Positions 47,051-57,400 of a stretch of 64,000 bases of DNA are shown one piece after another; the first letter of the stretch is position 1; every line of letters starts with the position of its first letter. This stretch comes from Phycisphaerales bacterium (lineage in GTDB: Bacteria > Planctomycetota > Phycisphaerae > UBA1845), in assembly GCA_020639095.1 (NCBI GenBank), contig JACKHH010000005.1, positions 56,574 through 120,573 of the forward strand, written 5' to 3'. A program made the position numbers and the translations under genes. The notes under the pieces are model-generated. The model saw only the letters and a program-made list of their open reading frames with translations, was not told the origin of the DNA and searched no databases.

Positions 47051-48088
47051 AGGAACGCTGGTTTGACGAATTCCCAATCCCGGCGAATCACCCGGCAGGA
47101 CTACGCCCTCTTTCAGCGTCAACCCCTCAAACGGATCCTCCGCCAGCAGCAGATGTCCGTCGATGTCGGCGTAGTCCACCAGCGATGCGATGTGCGCCGC
47201 CGGTGCAACGCCCAGCGATGTTTCCGTCATGCAGCCGAGCATGACCTGCATCTTTCGGCTTCGCGCGTCGGCGATCATGCGCAGCGCTTCGCGGATGCCA
47301 CCGCACTTGCTGAGTTTGACATTGATGCCGTCGTACACGCCGTCGAGTCGCGGCACATCGGAGGGGCGGACAGAGTCTTCATCCGCGATGAGCGGGGTGA
47401 CCGCGAGCTTGCGGGCTGAGCGCACCGCGTCGAGTTCACCGGCCTTCGTGGGCTGCTCGATGAATTCGAGTTCAAACGGCGCTACGCCCTGCATGCGTTC
47501 GATGATATCCTCCGGCGGCCAGCCGCAATTCGCATCGACGCGCAGCGTTTTGTCCGGCGCAAGCCGGCGCATCTCGGTCAGCGTTTCGATCTCCGCGTCC
47601 GTGCCCACCTTGATCTTGAGCACTTTGAAGTCAGCGGCTTGCGCAACCTTCTCGGGCAACAATTCAAGCCGGTCGATGCCGATAGTCATCGACGTTGGCG
47701 GCGTCTTCGTTGGATCGAGCCCGAGCATCTTCCATACGGGAATTCCCCGTCGCTTGCCGATCCAATCGTGCACCGCGGCATCGATGCCCGCGACCGCGGC
47801 ACGTTCATCATCAAACGCATCGAGCAAACGATCGATAATACCGTCAACGTCTTCCAAATCATCGCCAAGCATGTCGCTCGCGGACGCGACCGTCTGCTCG
47901 ATTGATTCAAGCGTGTGGCCGTAGTAGGGCACCGGGACCGCCTCGCCCATGCCGACAATGCCGTCATGTTCGAGCGTGATCGCGATGCGAACGATCTCGG
48001 TCGAGTCGGCGCGTGCCGAGCTTCCGGAACGAGCGATCCGAAACGGATAACGAAGCCGAGCAGTGATACGTTCAGTGGAGAGTTTCAT
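47042..48088 (-). CDS. Enolase-superfamily enzyme (mandelate racemase/muconate lactonizing family; dipeptide epimerase-like)
   Basis: KIKVG, RVDANCGW, FIEQP and the D/E/D metal-ligand pattern. ATG at 48088. Its 3' end abuts the right repeat of the transposase unit. Confidence 0.65.
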   Translation of the reverse strand: MKLSTERITARLRYPFRIARSGSSARADSTEIVRIAITLEHDGIVGMGEAVPVPYYGHTLESIEQTVASASDMLGDDLEDVDGIIDRLLDAFDDERAAVAGIDAAVHDWIGKRRGIPVWKMLGLDPTKTPPTSMTIGIDRLELLPEKVAQAADFKVLKIKVGTDAEIETLTEMRRLAPDKTLRVDANCGWPPEDIIERMQGVAPFELEFIEQPTKAGELDAVRSARKLAVTPLIADEDSVRPSDVPRLDGVYDGINVKLSKCGGIREALRMIADARSRKMQVMLGCMTETSLGVAPAAHIASLVDYADIDGHLLLAEDPFEGLTLKEGVVLPGDSPGLGIRQTSVPHV

Positions 48089-48126
48089 GGCTGCGAGGAT
48101 AGCGATCGGCAAGGCGATGGTCCAAC

Positions 48127-48503
48127 GGCAGGTGTGAGGCTTGTTGGTTAGGCTTGAGGCTTGAGACCTGAGGCTTGAGGAGAAGGGTACGCGTCACCGC
48201 GGGTGGACTGACAAGCTCTGCTTGTCAGTGGGACGTAGAACGAGTGGCGTCAATCGTAGAGTCCATGGACAAGCAAAGCTTGTCCATGCCACCCGACCAA
48301 TACAAATGCGCAATGAGAAGAGAATCAGAACCCCGGGCGCCAAGCCCGGAGCAAATAGCAGGAAATCTCAAGGCAACAAGAAGACGCGCCGACCGCCATC
48401 CCTACAAGCCTCAAGCCTCAAGCCTCAAGCCTCAAGCCTCAAGCCTCAAGCCTCAAGCCTCAAGCCTCAAGCCTCAAGCTTCAAGCCTCAGACCTCAAGC
48501 CTC
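48127..48503. repeat. Complex structured repeat, copy 1: inverted blocks of a 9-nt tandem repeat flanking a roughly 225-nt palindromic core
   Basis: Left block GAGGCTTGA-type units at 48127-48178. Core with palindromes CTGACAAGCTCTGCTTGTCAG (48208-48228) and CCATGGACAAGC-AAA-GCTTGTCCATG (48263-48288), plus the CCCCGGGCGCCAAGCCCGG hairpin. Right block of about 11 units of GCCTCAAGC at 48405-48503, the reverse complement of the left block. Confidence 0.8.
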
Positions 48504-48942
48504 GCCCCCCCCGGCGACGCAGTGTCACCACCGCAAGCACAACGCCCGCCCCCAGCGCATCCGCCACGAAGTCCTCAATGTCGCGATGCCTGCCCGACAG
48601 CGGTTGCAGTATCTCCGTCAGCGCGCCAAAGGCCGCGAAGATCGCCCACCAGCGCAGCGCCCACGCGCGCGTACACGTCTCACCCGCCGACCGCCGCGCG
48701 AGCGCGCCCAAGTACGCAAGGATCGCAAACGTCGTAAAGTGAACAACCAGGCCCTTTTTCGAAATGACAATCGGTGGACGCGGCACCTTCGGCGAGAGCA
48801 GCAATCCCGTCAGCGTGACCCAGTACACCGCCCACGCCGCGACGATCAGGCGATGCCAGCGAATCAACAACGGCTGGTGACCAACATCGGGCGAGTCAGT
48901 CACGCCGCGCTCCGCTCGTGGCTGGTTCTTCCTCGTAGACAA
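48481..48942 (-). CDS. VanZ-like family membrane protein
   Basis: Four TM helices and the VanZ-like pattern (LTEILQPLSGRHRDIEDFVADALG). The C-terminal codons run into the 9-mer tandem repeat. Overlaps the parA-like gene's 3' end. Confidence 0.5.
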   Translation of the reverse strand: MSTRKNQPRAERGVTDSPDVGHQPLLIRWHRLIVAAWAVYWVTLTGLLLSPKVPRPPIVISKKGLVVHFTTFAILAYLGALARRSAGETCTRAWALRWWAIFAAFGALTEILQPLSGRHRDIEDFVADALGAGVVLAVVTLRRRGGRGLRSEA

Positions 48943-50149
48943 TTGGGATGGAGCGCTTCACCGGTGCGGGCGATGCATGCGCCGGTGCGGGCGTCGGAGC
49001 GGGTTGCACCGGCTCAGCCGCTTCAATTGGTGCGGGCGCTTCGTGTTCTTCTTCGATCGCGGGTTCCGAAGTGGCCGCGACTTCTTCTACCACTTCGTCC
49101 ACTTCCGCGATCGCCTCGGCTGGTTCCGGAGTGCCAGATTCTGTCACATCATCCGGACCGAGCGCAACGCGATCACCGGCATCGAACACCGGTGTCGTAT
49201 CAGCCGGCGGTTCACTTGCTTCCGCGACAACCTCCGGCTCCTGATCCGGAGAAGTAACCTCGGCAACTTCTTCTGCCGGGGGCTCAGCTTCCGTGATCGC
49301 TTCATCCGCACCAGCGGCAGCCACCGGCCGCTTTGCCGGCGTGGCGGCGAAGACCACTTCCGCATCAACGCCAAGCACCTCAGCCGTCAGTGACGCATAA
49401 TCAATCGCGCCGTTGCTTCGCGGTGCGTACTCCGCGATGGTCATGCCGTGACTCGGGCACTCCGCCAGCTTGATGTTGCGGCGGATGATCGTGTCGAACA
49501 CCTTGGCATTCGCCCAAGGCGCATCGGTTCCACGCGACTCGTCGAGAAACGCAGCCAGATCGGCCGACACTTCGCCTGCGAGCCGCGTACCGGCTTCGTA
49601 CATGCAGAGGATGATACCGGTCAGCGATAGTTCACCGTTGATCCGATCCTTCACCAGCCGGATCGTTTCCAGCAACTTGCCCACGCCCTGGAGCGCAAGG
49701 AAGTGCGGCTGCATCGGCACGAAAACCTCGTTCATCGCCGCCAGCCCGTTGATCGTGAGCACGCCGAGCGACGGCGGGCAGTCGATCAGGATGTAGTCGT
49801 ACGCGTCGCCGTGTGCCCGCAACGCGTCGCGGAGAATCACCTCGCGACCCATTACGCTCACAAGTTCCATCTCAGCCGCCGCCAGGTCAATGTGCGAACA
49901 CACCAGCGTGAGATTTTCGCGCGCCTCAACGGCAGCGTCGGCGATGGGCACGTTGTCGGTGAGCACGTCGTAAATGCTGGGCCGGTCGGAGTCCGGTTCG
50001 AAGCCCAGGTGCATGGTGAGGTTGGCTTGCGGATCGAGGTCGATGAGCAGGCACTTCTTGCCGGTGGCTGCGAGGGCAGCCCCCACGTTGCAGCAAGAGG
50101 TCGTCTTACCCACGCCGCCTTTTTGATTGATGATCGCGATTCGTCGCAT
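48896..50149 (-). CDS. ParA/MinD-family P-loop ATPase with a roughly 165-aa acidic Pro/Glu/Ala-rich C-terminal tail
   Basis: Deviant Walker A motif INQKGGVGKTT, plus DLDPQ and LIDCPP motifs. The tail (EPPAEEVAEVTSPDQEPEVVAEASEPP...) is low-complexity. Confidence 0.8.
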   Translation of the reverse strand: MRRIAIINQKGGVGKTTSCCNVGAALAATGKKCLLIDLDPQANLTMHLGFEPDSDRPSIYDVLTDNVPIADAAVEARENLTLVCSHIDLAAAEMELVSVMGREVILRDALRAHGDAYDYILIDCPPSLGVLTINGLAAMNEVFVPMQPHFLALQGVGKLLETIRLVKDRINGELSLTGIILCMYEAGTRLAGEVSADLAAFLDESRGTDAPWANAKVFDTIIRRNIKLAECPSHGMTIAEYAPRSNGAIDYASLTAEVLGVDAEVVFAATPAKRPVAAAGADEAITEAEPPAEEVAEVTSPDQEPEVVAEASEPPADTTPVFDAGDRVALGPDDVTESGTPEPAEAIAEVDEVVEEVAATSEPAIEEEHEAPAPIEAAEPVQPAPTPAPAHASPAPVKRSIPIVYEEEPATSGARRD

Positions 50150-50351
50150 CGGTCATCCCTTACCGATTCGGGGCAGGATTTCCCAGCAGCCGGAGGGTGT
50201 CCGTAATCGAATCGACCGTCGCCGGAGATTTCGCCCAAGCTGCCTATTCTGCGAGGATCATATCGCACGCAGGCGACGAGGTGAAGGAGGAATTCGCAAG
50301 CAAGGTGCGGGGTTGTGAGTTTTGATGGTAAGACGTGCCGTGAAGGCGTGA

Positions 50352-50620
50352 GGCTTGAGACCCGAGGCTTGAGAAGTAAGAGACGCGCTGTCGCGGGCGG
50401 CACTGACAAGCTCTGCTTGTCAGTGGGGCGAAGAACGAGTGGCGTCATGTGTTGAGTCCATGGACAAGCAAAGCGCGTCCATGCCACCCGAGCTATTCGA
50501 CTATTGCGTTGGGAGGAGAATCAGAACCCCGGGCGCCAAGCCCGGGGCAATTGGCACGAAACCTCAAGGCGAAGTGAAGACGCACTGACCACAACCTACA
50601 AGCCTCAAGCCTACAACGTC
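50352..50620. repeat. Complex structured repeat, copy 2 (shorter paralogue of 48127-48503)
   Basis: Shares GTGAGGCTTGAGAC...GAGGCTTGAG, CTGACAAGCTCTGCTTGTCAG (50403-50423), GAACGAGTGGCGTCA, TCCATGGACAAGCAAAGC, GAATCAGAACCCCGGGCGCCAAGCCCGGGG, and the terminal CAAGCCTCAAGCCTACAA with copy 1. Confidence 0.8.
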
Positions 50621-50874
50621 AGAAGCGCATCGATCAGATCTTCGTCCTCGATGCCCAGGTCGTGATATGCCGCACGCTTCTCGTCTTCGGAGAGCGTATC
50701 ATCGGCTGCGATGGCTTCGAGATCGTCCAGCACATAGATCTGCCCGTTCTCGCCGGTCTCGGCATTGTCGAAGTCCGGGTTGCGGGCGGTGAATACACCG
50801 CAGCCAGTCGGCAGCAGAGCGAGCCCGCCAAGGAGGCAAAGGGTGGCCAGTCGATTCCAGGTCATGGGCTTCAT
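50611..50874 (-). CDS. Small acidic lipoprotein (about 87 aa)
   Basis: ATG at 50874 (MKPMTWNRLATLCLLGGLALLPTGCG lipobox). Acidic C-terminus. The track start at 51060 is an extension. Confidence 0.5.
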   Translation of the reverse strand: MKPMTWNRLATLCLLGGLALLPTGCGVFTARNPDFDNAETGENGQIYVLDDLEAIAADDTLSEDEKRAAYHDLGIEDEDLIDALLTL

Positions 50875-51070
50875 GCTCAATAGTATCGTCAATTCAGAGT
50901 CCAGCCGCCACACCGCCGGGGATCGGCAATAGGGGGCACTGCGGGTGGCACGGTCTTGCGCAGCAAGGCCGTGGTCCGTTCCCGGTCGCCCATGGCCGGA
51001 CTTCGCCAGACCATGCCACCCCGACCGCGGAGACAGCGAGGCCGCAGGGTTTTTCCGCACAATCGGCTGC

Positions 51071-51805
51071 TCAATCCCAGATCAGCAGCCAAGCCCGCAG
51101 CCCAGTCGGTATGCCGCCGGCCTGGGCGATGGTCGCGTCATCGGCTTCGATGGCTCCGTCCGTTTGCAGGATGGCTGCCAAGCCTTCGACGTCGTCCCGG
51201 GGCCGGTCCGTCACCACGATCGCCGCGGTGGCGGCCGGCTCGGTGTCCTCGTCGGCGATCTGGAGCAGGATGCGGGTCCGCCCGTCAGCCGTCCACGTGC
51301 TGAACAACCCGCGATAGAAGTCCAGCGGCGGGTGGGGCATCACGTTCGGCGCGATGCAGTACGCGTCGTCCGCGTCTGCCAGGAAGGCGTCCCAAGCGAC
51401 CGACCCGCTGCCCTGCGATGCCGACCGGCCATAGAGTTCGATCATCCGGTGATAGAGCTGCGAAATCCGCCCGACCCAGCCCGTGGCCATCTCGCCGACG
51501 GTCACGCTCACCACGCGGCCATCAGCCAGGCGCAACTCGGACACCGCCTGCCCCTCGCCGTGCACGCTCGAACAATGCACCACGTCGCCCCAGCGAATGC
51601 GCTCAAACCCGTCCGCACGCCGAACGATCAGCGACACCGGCGTGAAGAAGTACGTGCCCTTGTAGATGCCATAAACCAATTCCCCATCCACAAGCGGAAC
51701 CACTTCAGGCCGACACCCATCGGCAAACCGAGCACAATCCGAGTCCGGCCTCTCCCGCAACTCGCGAGCGAACAACTGCAAGATCAATCCCTTTGCATCC
51801 GGCAT
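51071..51805 (-). CDS. Hypothetical protein (244 aa)
   Basis: Long ORF with good coding character. No motif recognised. Confidence 0.45.
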   Translation of the reverse strand: MPDAKGLILQLFARELRERPDSDCARFADGCRPEVVPLVDGELVYGIYKGTYFFTPVSLIVRRADGFERIRWGDVVHCSSVHGEGQAVSELRLADGRVVSVTVGEMATGWVGRISQLYHRMIELYGRSASQGSGSVAWDAFLADADDAYCIAPNVMPHPPLDFYRGLFSTWTADGRTRILLQIADEDTEPAATAAIVVTDRPRDDVEGLAAILQTDGAIEADDATIAQAGGIPTGLRAWLLIWD

Positions 51806-51956
51806 GGCTTATCCCTCTGCGGAATCCGGCGTAGCAAGAAACCCAAATGCGATTGTACCCACGATCGTGGCAATGCAACCTCTCCCGCCAGGTAAAATCC
51901 ACATCACGAGGCCGGGGGTGCGACAGCACCCGCTTTCCGCGCAGCGGCCTAGGCCG

Positions 51957-52077
51957 GGGCTTCAGCCCCGGTGAAGCGCTATCCATCAAAGCCTGTGCCC
52001 CGCCGTAGGCGGCGAGGCGGCGGGGGCAGGAGAGGCAGGCAGGCCGCACCCAACCGGCAAACGCCCGGCCTAGGCCT
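51957..52077. repeat. GGCCTAGGCC-containing hairpin element (long inverted repeat with internal sub-hairpins). A related copy lies at about 63263-63330
   Basis: GCGCAGCGGCCTAGGCCGGGGCTTCAGCCCCGG ... CCCGGCCTAGGCCTGCGCG. A second locus reads CCGGGGCTAAAGCCCCGGCCTAGGCCGGCCCTTCAAGGCCGG. Confidence 0.55.
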
Positions 52078-52432
52078 GCGCGGTACAGGATCGACGGCTG
52101 TTCGTTTGGGATTTGCCACTACAGCATCACGAAGCCGAGTCGAGTTCGACGAAATCGGCGTCAGCGAAACCCGCACGTGATGGGCGAATTACCAAACACT
52201 GACGGCGGCCCCCAATCGGAGCCGGAGGCATTTCGTAAAGATACGCCTATGCATGGAATCACCCAATGAGAGTAGTCTTGTGACGCGCGAATAGTGTATA
52301 ATCCACGCAAGAAGCGGTGGTTGGCCGACAGTAGCACACCACATACTTCGCGTGCGTAATGGGAAAACTCCATTACGTTGCGCGTCCAGGCCGATTCATC
52401 CGGCGAGTCGCAGCGCCGGTGGAGGATCGAAC

Positions 52433-53065
52433 GTGAGCAAGCCGCATCGGTGGCCAATCCAAAGCGTTGCCGCAATCCTCATCCTCACGGCGATCACTAC
52501 GCCCGCAGCGGGGACCGTTCTGACTATTGAATTCGACGGAGTCATTGATTTCGTTGAGGATACACTGCCGTTCAGCGATACCATCGGGATCGGGACGCCG
52601 TTCGAGGGTAGCTACAGCTACGATTCGGATACTCCGGACAACTTCCCTAACGACCCAACCGCCGGTGGGTATTCATTTCCGAATTCTAGTATGTCATTCA
52701 AGATTGGAGATCTTGCATTCTCTACTCCCGATTTGAGAATGACGATTTGGGATATTTCACTATTCGATGTCTACGAGGTGTCGAATAGCTCGCCGTTCAG
52801 TGCTCACGGCGTCGACTGGGGATTGGCAAGGATCACCCTGCGAGACGACACCGGTACGGCGCTTGCAAGCGATGCCTTACCTGTCAACGCGCCCGACCTG
52901 GAAGACTTTGATTTCGCTAGAGCCTTGCTGCTACGCCGTATCGATCAACGCGAGTCGTCGATCAAGGGAACGGTTACATCGATAAGGCTGGTCCCTGAGC
53001 CCGGTACGCTAACATTTCTCGCTACGGGCTTGTTTCTCTGTGCGCATCGTCGAACATCGCGATAA
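52433..53065 (+). CDS. PEP-CTERM sorting-domain protein
   Basis: GTG at 52433 preceded by GGAGGA. Signal peptide. C-terminal VPEPGTLTFLATGLFLCAHRRTSR (PEP motif, TM helix, basic tail). Confidence 0.75.
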   Translation: MSKPHRWPIQSVAAILILTAITTPAAGTVLTIEFDGVIDFVEDTLPFSDTIGIGTPFEGSYSYDSDTPDNFPNDPTAGGYSFPNSSMSFKIGDLAFSTPDLRMTIWDISLFDVYEVSNSSPFSAHGVDWGLARITLRDDTGTALASDALPVNAPDLEDFDFARALLLRRIDQRESSIKGTVTSIRLVPEPGTLTFLATGLFLCAHRRTSR

Positions 53066-53393
53066 ACCAAGCACCAGACCTTGGTCCGATGGTCGTATGT
53101 TTGCATACGAAAACGGGGCAGATACGTTGTTGCAGGCCCCGAATCATCCAGGGTTTTACCGCACCAACTCGAGCATTGACCTTCGTTATTTCGGGCCGAA
53201 GGAAAAAGGGGATGCGCCTTCGTCATCGCAGGTGTGTATAATTGTCACAGGCGGAAGCGGCGATTTAGCGATTGATTTCTACATGCTCCAACGCTCGCGC
53301 GATGAGAATGAACCAGCGGTTGTCATGGAGGCAAACGCGACGTTTGCGGTTCAGGATTGATAATCGGCAGACGGAATCGGTTGGGCAATACTC

Positions 53394-54026
53394 ATGTGGC
53401 GCAGATTGAAGGCACAACCCACCATTACTCTCGCTGTAGCTTTCGCCCTCGGGCCCGGCGTTGCCCGCGCAGCGGGGGACCTAGTCGCCGTTAGATTCGA
53501 CGGTGTCTTGGATTATGTCGAGGATGGGTTGCCTTTTAGTGATGACCTGGCGCCGGGTATGCTGTTCACCGGTAGATATAGCTACGATTCGGGCGTGGCA
53601 GACAATGCCCCAGAAAACGGGTCAGTCGGTGGATATAGTTTCCCCAATCGCGCAATGTCGGTGACGGTCGGTCCGATGGATTTTGCGACGGAAGATTTGG
53701 CGATTGGAATCACTAACCATTCCGTATTGGACAATTACTCGGCGGGGAATGAATCTGATTTCGTCGCAAACGGCCTCTTGTGGCATGTAATGGCGATTAC
53801 GCTTCGTGACACGACCGCGACAGCGTTTTCCAGCGATGCGCTGCCCGTCGGCCCACCCAATCTCGACGACTTCGAGTTCGCCCGAATCTTCTTCCTTTTG
53901 CAGCCCAATCGCCTTTCCCCATCGGTGACGGGACAGCTTACATCGATAAGGTTGGTCCCTGAGCCAGGGACGCTATCGTTGCTCGTTGCGGGCTTGTTTC
54001 TCTGCGCGCATCGCCGAACACTGTGA
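53394..54026 (+). CDS. PEP-CTERM sorting-domain protein (paralogue of 52433-53065)
   Basis: Signal peptide. C-terminal VPEPGTLSLLVAGLFLCAHRRTL. About 45% identical by eye to the upstream paralogue. Confidence 0.75.
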   Translation: MWRRLKAQPTITLAVAFALGPGVARAAGDLVAVRFDGVLDYVEDGLPFSDDLAPGMLFTGRYSYDSGVADNAPENGSVGGYSFPNRAMSVTVGPMDFATEDLAIGITNHSVLDNYSAGNESDFVANGLLWHVMAITLRDTTATAFSSDALPVGPPNLDDFEFARIFFLLQPNRLSPSVTGQLTSIRLVPEPGTLSLLVAGLFLCAHRRTL

Positions 54027-54413
54027 TGGCCCAAGAGCCGGACCATGGTCCCACGATCGCCTGCTCAACTTCGAAGGGACGGGGCACCCATCGACAATAT
54101 GGCCGGCGCGCCGCGTGTTGACGGTCGTCAACGGAGCGTTGTGTTTTCCCTATGACCGCGCTGCGGCGTTGTTTTATTCACAGGGCTGCCTCAGAAGTTT
54201 CCACAGGTGACCTTGGGTTTCCGGAAGCACCTTGCGCATTAACGCGGTGATATCAGCGGATTTGCGTTGCATCTTGTTCGCGTTGCGGCTACTTTCTATT
54301 GGTTCGGCTGAGTTTCGCTCAGTCCCATAAACCCCGCCTTTGCAGTGCTGCCAGCGGGCTTGCACCAGCCAGGGATTGGCTGTTTACTTGCGTAACAGGA
54401 GGTTACAACGCCC

Positions 54414-57400
54414 GTGATTCTTAAACGCGTGGCCATGTCCGGTTTCAAGAGCTTCGCCGACCGGGTCGAATTCGAGTTCGCCCCGGGGGTGACGTGTATC
54501 GTCGGCCCCAACGGCTGCGGTAAGAGCAACGTCGTCGACGCATTCAAGTGGGTCCTCGGCGAGCAGTCCGCCCGTTCCCTCCGAGGGCGGCAGATGCTGG
54601 ACATGATCTTCAACGGCTCGTCGGCTCGGAAGAGCGCCGGCATGGCTCAGGTCGACCTGATCTTCGGCAACGAGGACCGTACCCTGCCCATCGATCGTGA
54701 CGAGGTCTCGATCACACGCAAGCTCTTCCGCAGCGGCGAAAGCGAGTACATGGTTTGTGGCGAACCCTCCCGCCTCAAGGACATCCGCGAGATGTTCATG
54801 GATACCGGCGTGGGCACCACCGCGTACGCCGTCATCGAGCAGGGCAAGGTCGAAGGCCTGCTGCACTCGTCGCCGACCGAGCGGCGGGTGATCTTTGAAG
54901 AGGCGGCTGGTATCAGTAAGTACCGCGCCCGCAAGAAAGAGGCTGAACGCAAGCTGGGCCGCACCGAGCAGAACCTGCTCCGCCTTGCGGACATCGTCGA
55001 GGAAGTCGAGAAGCGTCTCCGCAGCGTCAAGCTCCAAGCCGGTAAGGCCCGCAACTTCCAGGAATACGATCAGCGTCTCCGCGAGCTGCGCGCCAGCTTC
55101 GCGATGGCTGAGTATCACCGCTTTTCACAGGCCCTCGTCTCCGTTCAGAAGTTGGTCGACGAAGCCAACGACGAAGGTTCGCGTCTGCGTACCACCATCG
55201 ATCAGAACGAAGCAAAAGCGGCTGAGTTTCTGGGGCAGTCCGACGCACTCTCCGAAGAGATCGCCGCCTGCGACAACCGGCTGGTGAATGTGCGGTCGGA
55301 GGTGTCCGCCAACGAGGAACGCGTAGAAGCCGCCAACAAGCGTATCGAAGAGCAGCAGGCGGCGCTCCAGCGCGCTCAGCAGCGTTTGACGGCTGATGAG
55401 GAGCGAAGTCGCGAGCAGCACGCCGAACTCGACGAGGTTCAGGAGCACGCGCACGCGTTGCAGGAAGAAACGCACGCGCAGAACAGCGTCATCGACGAAC
55501 TCACCGGCAAGGAGCAAACGCTCAACCGCAACCTCACGCAGTCGCAAGCGGTTCTCGAAGACGAAAAAGCCGGTATCTTCGACCTGCTTCGCCGCACCTC
55601 GCAACTGCACAACGAAATCACCAGCCTGGCCCAGCATTCGGAAAACCTCAGCGATCAGAAGGGTCGCCTGAGCGAGCGCGATGCCGCGATCTCCACCGAA
55701 CTGGAGCAGATCATTACGCGTCGCAGCGCGCTCGACGGCAAGCTGCGCGAGGTCGAGGACTTGATCGAACGCGACACGCAGCGGCTTGAGGAGAAGAAGG
55801 AAGCCGCCCGCATCGTCGACGCGGAACGGGCTGAATACACCGAGCAACTCGCGGAAGCGAAAGAAGCCCGCAGCGCGCTGATGAGCCGGCGGCAGGTCTT
55901 GCAGGATCTTCAGAAGCGCATGGACGGCGTCGGTGCCGGTGTGCGGCAGATCCTTGATCGCAAGCTGCTCACCGAAGGTGAAGCCGCCATGGAGGCGGTG
56001 TACGGTCTGGTCGCGGACGCGTTCGAGACCGACGTGCCCCGTGCCCACATCGTGGAAGCCGCCATCGGCGATCACGACCAGCACCTTGTGGTGCGTGAGA
56101 GTGCAGCCTTCCTCGCGGATCCAGGTCTGCTGGCGAACCTGCCGGAGCGTACGACGATTCTGTGTCTCGATCGTCTGCCGCAATCCGAGCCGTGTGCGGA
56201 CTTCAGCGATCAGCCTGGTTTTGTCGCACCGGCACAATCGTTCGTGCGTTACACCGAAACATTGGAGCCGCTCGCGCGGGCGCTCCTCGGCAAGACGATC
56301 GTGGTCGACACGCTGGCGAATGCGCTGGCGATGTCTGCTGTTGATCCCGGCGGGCATCGTTTCGTCACGCTTGATGGCGAAGTCGTCGAGCCGGATGGTC
56401 GCGTGCGCATCGGCCCGCCGCACAGCAGTGCCGGGCTGATCTCGCGTCGGACCGAGCTGCGCAGCATCGATGTGCAGCTTAGCGAACTCGGCGCGAGGAT
56501 TGACGAACTGGCTGACGCGTTGAATCGCAGCTCGGCTCAGAACCTGCACCTTGAGCAGGTGCAGCAGGAACTGCGTACCGCGATCTACGAACTGCACACC
56601 GCGCGGGTTGAGACGCGTGCCGCGTTACAGAGCATTGAGGAGTCGATCCGTCGGCTCACATCAGAGCAGCCGTTGATCGCCGGTGAGGTCGCGTCGATCG
56701 AGCAGGAGTTGGCGGAAGCGGCTGCCCGGTCGTCGCAGACGCAGACGTCGCTCGTCGAGCTTGAGCAGTCGAGCAAGGAACGCGAAGCCCACGTCGCATC
56801 GTTGCAGGAAGAGATCGCCGCGCTGGTGATTGAACGCGACGCGATCGCCGTGAAACTGACCGAAGCGCGGGTGGCTGCGGGCCAGTTGATGGAGAAGCGG
56901 GCCGCAGCGGCTGAGACGATCAACGCGCTGCGTCGCAGCATCCGAACGGCTGAGGAAGCGGTGGAAGCCGCTCAGCACGAGATCGAAGACTGCAAGGCGC
57001 GCATTGAAGAGTCGACAGCGGCCATCGCGACCAGCAGGGAGCGGCTCGCGGAGTTGCAGGAAACGCTCACGCAGGTGGAGAATGAGGGCCGGGAACTGCG
57101 TCGCCGCCGCGAAGAGTTGCGCTCGGCGATGGAGGAACTCGCGTCGGCTACGCGTGAACTGCGTCGCAACCTGGGTGAGGCTGAGCAGCGGCTCCACGAG
57201 CAGCAGATGGCGCTTCAGGAGGCGAAGATTCACCGCGACGAGTTGATCGCCCGCGTTCGCGACGAACTCGAACTCGACCTTGCGCAGATGTACGAAAGCT
57301 ACGAGCACGCCGATCAGGATTGGCAGGCGGTCGAGGACGAGATCGCGGAACTGCGGCAAAAGATCCAGCGCTTGGGGAATATCAATCTCGACGCGATCAC

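Noticed and set aside
48175-49257. 360-aa plus-strand ORF (and the overlapping 48222-48737 ORF) with KPQASSL repeats
   Set aside because: The translation is simply the 9-nt tandem repeat and the palindromic core read through. It overlaps the real minus-strand VanZ-like and ParA-like genes and has no start context. It is an artefact of the repeat.
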